DNA of 32,000 bases from Mycobacterium tuberculosis H37Rv. Its GTDB lineage: Bacteria; Actinomycetota; Actinomycetes; Mycobacteriales; Mycobacteriaceae. The notes beneath the pieces are model-generated. The model was not told where the DNA came from, did not search any database, and saw nothing but the letters and a program-made list of their open reading frames with translations. Position numbers and translations under genes: made by a program. Of the stretch, positions 25,989 through 32,000 are shown one piece after another (positions within the stretch are counted from its first letter, which is position 1; the number at the start of each line of letters is the position of its first letter). Location: contig NC_000962.3 in assembly GCF_000195955.2 (NCBI RefSeq), positions 3,420,001-3,452,000 on the forward strand, read 5' to 3'.

Positions 25989-26039
25989 CGACGGTCACTA
26001 TCCTCGGCCGGGAGGGTATCACCACCAGTTTCATCGCCG

Positions 26040-27278
26040 GTGACCCCACACTATCGCCAAGCCGCGGCGTCGCGGCTCGATACCCACCGCACGCAAAAGC
26101 TCCGTTCCCAGACCAACGGAGGGAAGGACCGGCACCAGTTGACATACGAGCAGTTCGCTCGTATGTTGACGCTGATGGGGCCGAGCGATCTGTGGACGGT
26201 GGAACGCGCGGCGCGCCATTGGGGCGTGAGCGCGTCGCGCGCTCGCGCTATCCTGTCGAGCCGCCACATTCACCGGGTCAGCGGCTACCCCGCGCAGGCG
26301 ATCAAGGCGGTCACCCTGCGCCAGGGTGCGCGCACCGACCTCAAAACCGCCAACCATCTCGTGCCGGCCGCACAAGCGTTCACCATGGCCGAGACGGGTG
26401 CCGCGATCGGAGAGACCGAAGATGAGCGGGCACGACTGCGCATTTTCTTCGAGTTCCTCCGCGGCGCCGATGAGACCGGGACATCCGCGCTCGATCTCAT
26501 CGTTGACGAGCCCGCGCTGATCGGTGAGCACCGGTTCGATGCTTTGTTGGCCGCGGCTGCGGAATACATTTCGGCGCGCTGGGGCCGGCCTGGACCCTTG
26601 TGGTCGGTGAGTATCGAACGGTTTCTGGACACGGCCTGGTGGGTCAGCGACCTCCCGTCGGCACGAGCGTTTGCCGCCGTGTGGACGCCGGCGCCGTTCC
26701 GGCGCCGCGGCATTTACCTAGATCGCCACGACCTCACGAGCGATGGAGTGTGTGTCATGCCCGAACCGGTGTTCAACCGAACCGAGCTCCAGCGGGCGTT
26801 CACTGCCCTGGCGGCCAAGCTGGAACGCAGAGGCGTTGTCGGTCAGGTGCACGTTGTCGGCGGGGCGGCGATGCTACTCGCCTACAACTCCCGTGTCACC
26901 ACTCGCGATATCGACGCGTTGTTCTCAACTGACGGGCCTATGCTCGAAGCGATTCGTGAGGTCGCTGACGAAATGGGTTGGCCGCGAACGTGGCTCAACA
27001 ATCAGGCCAGCGGTTACGTCTCCCGCACACCAGGTGAAGGCGCCCCCGTTTTCGATCACCCATTCCTGCATGTCGTAGCCACACCCGCGCAGCACCTTCT
27101 CGCGATGAAAGTCGTTGCGGCACGCGGCGTGCGTGACGGCGAAGACATTCGCCTCCTGCTCGATCGGCTGCGAATCACCAGCGCGGCCGGCGTATGGGAG
27201 ATTGTCGCACGCTACTTTCCCGCCGAAACCATCACCGACCGGTCGAGGCTCCTCGTCGAGGACCTCCTCAACCAATAG
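26040..27278 (+). CDS. Conserved hypothetical protein: N-terminal HTH + central helical region + C-terminal minimal nucleotidyltransferase-fold (AbiEii/MenT- or DUF6036-like) domain (412 aa if GTG 26040; alternative starts TTG 26139, ATG 26163)
   Basis: This is the 3' 412 codons of a 914-codon shadow ORF. The HTH-like segment WTVERAARHWGVSASRARAIL lies at ~26193-26255. The C-terminal module from the in-frame ATG at 26757 carries HVVGGAAMLLAYNSRVTTRDIDALF (GG-x14-DxD, 26859-26915), the signature of minimal NTases. Confidence 0.75.
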   Translation: MTPHYRQAAASRLDTHRTQKLRSQTNGGKDRHQLTYEQFARMLTLMGPSDLWTVERAARHWGVSASRARAILSSRHIHRVSGYPAQAIKAVTLRQGARTDLKTANHLVPAAQAFTMAETGAAIGETEDERARLRIFFEFLRGADETGTSALDLIVDEPALIGEHRFDALLAAAAEYISARWGRPGPLWSVSIERFLDTAWWVSDLPSARAFAAVWTPAPFRRRGIYLDRHDLTSDGVCVMPEPVFNRTELQRAFTALAAKLERRGVVGQVHVVGGAAMLLAYNSRVTTRDIDALFSTDGPMLEAIREVADEMGWPRTWLNNQASGYVSRTPGEGAPVFDHPFLHVVATPAQHLLAMKVVAARGVRDGEDIRLLLDRLRITSAAGVWEIVARYFPAETITDRSRLLVEDLLNQ

Positions 27279-27403
27279 CAGACCACTAGCAGTGAAGCCG
27301 CGGCCGCCGCGCGCAGCACCCCAGTGTCATGGATTATCCATGATTCGGGCGTCCCCAATGCGAACCGCTTCTGTCAGTCGGGGCTGGGGTTTCACCACCC
27401 GTT

Positions 27404-28426
27404 TCACCGACCGCTGACCCCACCATAGGCTCGATACTGCCGGGGTGTCATCCCAAACCAGCGCCGGCACGACCGGTTGAGCGCGCTCTGCTCGGAATAG
27501 CCGAGCAGCACCGCGATTTGGCTCAGATACAACCCCGGTTGGGCGAGGTACCTTGCCGCTTGCGCACGGCGTTCGCGCTCGATGAGGTCATGGCACCGGA
27601 GGCCCTCGGCAGCCAAGCGCCGCTGCAGCGTTCGTGGGTGCATGTCGAGTTGGTCGGCGATGGCCTCGGCGCTGCATTGGCCGGTCGGCAGCAGGCGGCG
27701 GGCCAACCCGACGACCCGCTCGGAGAGCGTGGCATCGCTCGGAAGGTATTGGGATTCCAAATATTTCGTGGCGATGCGCTTGGTTTCCGGATCCGCATGG
27801 TCGATGGGCCTACCGGCGAGCCGGTGGTCCACCTCGAACCCGCACCATGTCCGGCCGAACCGAACGGTACAACCCAACGCTTCGCGGTAGGCGGCGTCGG
27901 TGCCCAGTTGCGCATGTCGGAACGAGAAAACGCGCGCCCGCGCCTGCGGTCCGCCCAGCAGGCGGATCATCCGGGCGGCGTTGGCCATGCTCAGCTCGTA
28001 TCCCTGCAGCGGATAGGGAATCCCCGGTTCGGTCACCTCATAGCCGAACCGGACGTTGGACCGTGCGGTAGTTGATGAAACCGTCAGCGTCAGGGCGGGC
28101 GAATGGACGTAGAGGTAGCGACCGATCGCCTCCAGCCCGCCGAACAAGGTGGCAGCGTTGCGCGCGATCACCGCTACCGGGCCGAGAATGCCCAGGCCCT
28201 GCCAGCGTGCAAGGCGTAGTCCGAAGTCCGGGCAATCGAGCTCGGCGGCGCTGGCCTCCAGCATGCGCACGAACCCGGCCAGCGACATGAACGCGTCCTC
28301 TTGGTGTTCGATGCCCGGCGGGATGTCGAAGCGCCGCAGAAACGGCAGCGGGTCCGCGCCGAGCTCGCGCATCAGGTCGGTGTACCCCCACAGGTTGGTG
28401 GCGCGGATGAGGCTGCCCAGCTCCAT
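27404..28426 (-). CDS. virS: AraC/XylS-family transcriptional regulator (340 aa)
   Basis: The start is ATG 28426 (MELGSLIR..). The C-terminal AraC double HTH reads ..SAEAIADQLDMHPRTLQRRLAAEG..., ..QIAVLLGYSEQSALNRSCRRWFGMTPRQYR... It is divergent from mymA. Confidence 0.92.
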   Translation of the reverse strand: MELGSLIRATNLWGYTDLMRELGADPLPFLRRFDIPPGIEHQEDAFMSLAGFVRMLEASAAELDCPDFGLRLARWQGLGILGPVAVIARNAATLFGGLEAIGRYLYVHSPALTLTVSSTTARSNVRFGYEVTEPGIPYPLQGYELSMANAARMIRLLGGPQARARVFSFRHAQLGTDAAYREALGCTVRFGRTWCGFEVDHRLAGRPIDHADPETKRIATKYLESQYLPSDATLSERVVGLARRLLPTGQCSAEAIADQLDMHPRTLQRRLAAEGLRCHDLIERERRAQAARYLAQPGLYLSQIAVLLGYSEQSALNRSCRRWFGMTPRQYRAYGGVSGR

Positions 28427-28503
28427 CACCTCCTGTCGGAAAATGATAAAAGGCTGTCGCAAAGTGTCAATACGTGGCGGGGGTCCTCCACCATGCTGGA
28501 GCC
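28427..28503. promoter_or_regulatory. Divergent virS / mymA-operon control region (77 bp)
   Basis: This is the only non-coding DNA between the two divergent starts. It contains an AT-rich patch GGAAAATGATAAAAGG (28438-28453). VirS is reported to activate the mymA operon (established knowledge). No binding site can be delimited from sequence alone. Confidence 0.5.
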
Positions 28504-29991
28504 ATGAACCAGCATTTCGACGTCCTGATCATCGGCGCCGGCCTATCCGGCATCGGGACGGCCTGTCACGTGACGGCCGAGTTCCCCGACAAGACAATCG
28601 CCCTCCTGGAACGACGGGAGCGCCTGGGCGGCACCTGGGACTTGTTCCGCTACCCGGGAGTTCGTTCGGACTCCGACATGTTCACCTTCGGCTACAAGTT
28701 CCGCCCGTGGCGCGACGTGAAGGTGCTCGCCGACGGCGCGTCGATCCGGCAGTACATCGCCGACACCGCCACGGAGTTCGGCGTCGACGAGAAGATTCAC
28801 TACGGCCTGAAGGTCAACACCGCCGAGTGGTCGAGCCGGCAGTGCCGTTGGACCGTCGCGGGCGTGCACGAGGCGACCGGCGAAACCCGGACCTACACCT
28901 GCGATTACCTCATCAGCTGCACCGGCTACTACAACTACGACGCGGGTTATCTGCCGGACTTCCCCGGCGTGCACCGGTTCGGCGGCCGGTGCGTGCACCC
29001 GCAGCACTGGCCCGAAGACCTCGATTATTCCGGCAAGAAGGTCGTCGTCATCGGCAGCGGCGCAACGGCGGTCACTTTGGTTCCGGCGATGGCCGGCTCC
29101 AACCCCGGCAGTGCCGCGCACGTGACGATGCTGCAGCGATCCCCGTCGTACATCTTCTCGCTGCCGGCGGTCGACAAGATCTCCGAAGTCCTGGGCCGCT
29201 TCCTGCCGGATCGCTGGGTCTACGAGTTTGGCCGCAGGCGCAACATCGCCATCCAGCGAAAGCTCTACCAGGCCTGCCGGCGCTGGCCCAAGCTGATGCG
29301 GCGATTGCTGCTGTGGGAGGTACGACGCCGCCTCGGCCGCTCCGTGGACATGAGCAACTTCACCCCGAACTACCTGCCGTGGGACGAGCGGTTGTGCGCC
29401 GTGCCCAACGGCGATCTGTTTAAGACGCTGGCCTCGGGCGCGGCGTCGGTGGTGACCGATCAGATCGAGACCTTCACCGAGAAGGGCATCCTGTGCAAGT
29501 CCGGCCGGGAGATCGAGGCCGACATCATCGTCACCGCGACCGGTCTGAACATCCAGATGCTGGGCGGGATGCGACTCATCGTGGACGGCGCCGAATACCA
29601 GCTGCCGGAGAAGATGACCTATAAGGGTGTGCTGCTGGAAAACGCCCCCAATCTGGCCTGGATCATCGGCTACACCAACGCGTCATGGACCCTGAAGTCC
29701 GACATCGCCGGCGCCTACCTGTGCCGGCTGCTGCGGCACATGGCCGACAACGGCTACACGGTGGCAACGCCGCGCGATGCGCAGGACTGCGCGCTGGACG
29801 TTGGCATGTTCGACCAGCTGAACTCCGGCTATGTGAAGCGCGGCCAGGACATCATGCCGCGCCAGGGCTCCAAGCATCCGTGGAGGGTGCTCATGCACTA
29901 CGAGAAGGACGCCAAGATCCTGCTCGAAGACCCCATCGATGACGGCGTGCTGCACTTCGCCGCAGCGGCCCAAGACCACGCGGCGGCCTGA
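28504..29991 (+). CDS. mymA: FAD-dependent Baeyer-Villiger-type (flavin-containing) monooxygenase (495 aa)
   Basis: The start is ATG 28504 ([18 protein letters not shown], the FAD GxGxxG). The BVMO fingerprint is [12 protein letters not shown] (FxGxxxHxxxWP). The second dinucleotide fold is [10 protein letters not shown]. Confidence 0.92.
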
Positions 29992-29996
29992 GCATC

Positions 29997-30923
29997 ATGA
30001 ACCTGCGCAAAAACGTCATCCGGTCCGTATTACGTGGTGCCCGGCCACTGTTCGCTTCCCGCCGGCTGGGTATTGCCGGCCGTCGAGTCCTGCTGGCGAC
30101 GCTGACGGCCGGCGCGCGCGCCCCCAAGGGCACCCGCTTTCAGCGCGTCAGCATCGCCGGTGTCCCGGTCCAGCGGGTGCAACCCCCCCATGCGGCAACC
30201 AGCGGGACGCTGATCTACCTGCACGGCGGTGCCTACGCCCTGGGCAGCGCCCGGGGCTACCGCGGCCTGGCCGCCCAGCTCGCGGCGGCGGCCGGAATGA
30301 CGGCGCTGGTCCCCGACTACACCCGCGCACCGCACGCCCACTATCCAGTGGCCCTCGAAGAGATGGCTGCGGTGTACACCCGCTTGCTCGACGACGGGCT
30401 CGACCCGAAAACGACCGTCATCGCCGGTGATTCGGCTGGCGGAGGGTTGACCCTGGCGCTGGCCATGGCGCTGCGCGATCGCGGCATCCAGGCCCCGGCC
30501 GCACTCGGCCTGATCTGCCCGTGGGCCGATCTCGCCGTCGACATCGAAGCGACGCGACCGGCGCTGCGCGATCCGCTCATTCTTCCGTCGATGTGCACCG
30601 AATGGGCGCCGCGCTACGTAGGGTCCTCCGATCCGCGGCTGCCCGGTATCTCCCCGGTCTACGGCGACATGAGCGGCCTGCCGCCCATCGTCATGCAGAC
30701 CGCGGGCGACGATCCGATCTGCGTTGACGCGGACAAGATCGAAACCGCCTGCGCCGCTTCGAAAACAAGCATCGAGCATCGCCGGTTCGCGGGCATGTGG
30801 CACGACTTCCATCTGCAGGTCAGTCTGCTCCCCGAAGCCCGCGACGCGATCGCCGACCTCGGGGCAAGGCTGCGCGGCCACCTCCACCAATCGCAGGGAC
30901 AACCACGGGGAGTAGTCAAATGA
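29997..30923 (+). CDS. lipR: Alpha/beta-hydrolase, hormone-sensitive-lipase-family esterase/lipase (308 aa)
   Basis: The start is ATG 29997. The oxyanion motif is HGGAY (HGG), the nucleophile elbow is GDSAGG (GxSxG), and the catalytic Asp/His region is ..GDDPI.. / ..WHDFH... Confidence 0.9.
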
Positions 30924-31750
30924 GCTCATTCGAAGGCAAGGTCGCCGTCATCACCGGGGCCGGCTCGGGCATCGGCAGAGCGTTGGCACTCAACCTCTCC
31001 GAGAAGCGCGCAAAGCTTGCCCTTTCCGATGTCGACACCGACGGGCTGGCCAAAACCGTGCGCCTGGCTCAAGCGCTCGGCGCGCAGGTGAAGTCGGACC
31101 GGCTCGACGTCGCCGAACGCGAGGCGGTGCTGGCCCACGCCGACGCCGTCGTCGCACATTTCGGCACCGTGCACCAGGTCTACAACAACGCCGGCATCGC
31201 GTACAACGGCAACGTCGACAAGTCGGAGTTCAAGGACATCGAGCGCATCATCGACGTCGACTTCTGGGGCGTCGTCAACGGCACCAAAGCCTTTCTGCCG
31301 CACGTGATTGCCTCCGGCGACGGACACATCGTCAACATCTCCAGCCTGTTCGGGCTGATCGCGGTGCCCGGGCAAAGCGCCTACAACGCGGCCAAGTTCG
31401 CGGTGCGCGGCTTCACCGAGGCGCTGCGCCAGGAGATGCTGGTCGCCAGGCATCCGGTCAAGGTGACGTGCGTGCATCCCGGCGGCATCAAAACCGCCGT
31501 CGCGCGCAACGCCACCGTGGCCGACGGCGAGGACCAGCAGACGTTCGCGGAGTTCTTCGACCGCCGGCTGGCGCTGCATTCGCCGGAGATGGCCGCCAAA
31601 ACCATCGTCAACGGAGTCGCCAAGGGCCAGGCCCGCGTCGTGGTCGGCCTGGAGGCCAAAGCCGTCGATGTGCTCGCGCGCATCATGGGCTCGTCGTATC
31701 AGCGGCTGGTTGCCGCCGGCGTCGCCAAGTTCTTCCCCTGGGCCAAGTAG
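30920..31750 (+). CDS. Short-chain dehydrogenase/reductase (276 aa; called sadH in the mymA-operon literature, as I recall)
   Basis: The ATG at 30920 overlaps the lipR stop (ATGA). The cofactor motif is [12 protein letters not shown] is present, along with the catalytic S...YNAAK (YxxxK). Confidence 0.9.
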
Positions 31751-31780
31751 GCCCATAGAGTTCTAGAAAGGGACACCACG

Positions 31781-32000
31781 ATGAAAACCACCGCGGCGGT
31801 ACTGTTCGAGGCGGGCAAACCGTTCGAGCTGATGGAGCTCGATCTCGACGGGCCGGGTCCGGGCGAGGTGTTGGTCAAATACACCGCCGCCGGGCTGTGC
31901 CATTCCGACCTGCACCTCACCGATGGTGATTTACCACCGCGGTTCCCGATCGTGGGCGGCCACGAAGGGTCCGGGGTCATCGAGGAGGTGGGTGCCGGCG
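31781..32000 (+). CDS. adhD: Zinc-dependent alcohol dehydrogenase, N-terminal 73 codons (continues beyond the window)
   Basis: The ATG at 31781 lies 7 nt after GAAAGGGA. The translation MKTTAAVLFEAGKPFELMELDLDGPGPGEVLVKYTAAGLCHSDLHLTDGDLPPRFPIVGGHEGSGVIEEVGAG contains the Zn-ADH motifs GLCHSD and GHEGSG. The frame is open to the window end. Confidence 0.88.
   Translation, partial: MKTTAAVLFEAGKPFELMELDLDGPGPGEVLVKYTAAGLCHSDLHLTDGDLPPRFPIVGGHEGSGVIEEVGAG

Noticed and set aside
24534-26039. 5' 1.5 kb of the 914-codon plus-strand ORF (24534-27278) running antisense to pknK
   Set aside because: The translated sequence is Arg/Gly/Pro/Asp-rich low complexity with no motifs. It lies exactly opposite a strongly supported kinase gene, so it is a classic high-GC shadow frame. 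Only the last ~412 codons (from 26040, beyond the pknK start) look like a real protein.
27328-27342. 15-nt palindrome CATGGAT-T-ATCCATG, plus the nearby GTTTCACC direct repeat (27390-27409), between the convergent 412-aa ORF and virS
   Set aside because: The arms are short (7 bp) and palindromes of this size are expected by chance many times in 32 kb. There is no U-tract or GC-rich stem to support a terminator call.
28149-29423. 424-codon plus-strand ORF overlapping virS (antisense) and mymA (off-frame)
   Set aside because: The product is Arg/Pro-rich low complexity. Both overlapped genes carry strong family motifs in their own frames.
30030-31756. 299-codon and 276-codon minus-strand ORFs opposite lipR and the SDR gene
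   Set aside because: They mirror the true genes almost end to end, which is typical of antisense shadow ORFs. They have no motifs, while the plus-strand products have complete catalytic signatures.

Overview
This window is a gene-dense, roughly 65% GC actinobacterial chromosomal segment. Gene order and protein sequences match my recollection of the Mycobacterium tuberculosis complex region Rv3059 (cyp136) to Rv3086 (adhD); no database was queried. I support about 30 protein genes, one tRNA-Ala and one decayed gene. I see no rRNA, CRISPR array, IS element, prophage or MIRU-type tandem repeat. In order the genes are: cyp136 (3' part), a double-module GntR regulator, fadE22, ligB, cstA, a DoxX membrane protein, the mmr efflux pump with its TetR repressor and a DUF732 protein, tRNA-Ala, pgmA, crcB-crcB-DUF190, a frameshifted luciferase-like oxidoreductase remnant, DUF488, a DUF222/HNH protein, a CitE-like lyase, an SRPBCC-sulfatase-hab cluster, an intact LLM oxidoreductase, pknK, an HTH-nucleotidyltransferase-like ORF, virS, and the start of the mymA operon (mymA, lipR, an SDR, adhD 5' end). 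Many start codons had to be moved inward from the six-frame ORF track, because high-GC shadow frames extend the ORFs artificially. The most interesting observations are: (1) two tandem, paralogous ~50-codon lipoprotein-like ORFs in the 770-bp gap after cyp136; (2) the ORF between pknK and virS, which looks like a single-chain fusion of an HTH module and a minimal nucleotidyltransferase (AbiEii/MenT-like) module; (3) a translationally coupled crcB-crcB operon ending in a protein with three tandem DUF190 (PII-like) repeats; (4) a perfect 46-bp palindrome covering the mmr ribosome-binding site and promoter; (5) an LLM oxidoreductase gene whose homologous sequence continues in other frames past the annotated-size ORF.
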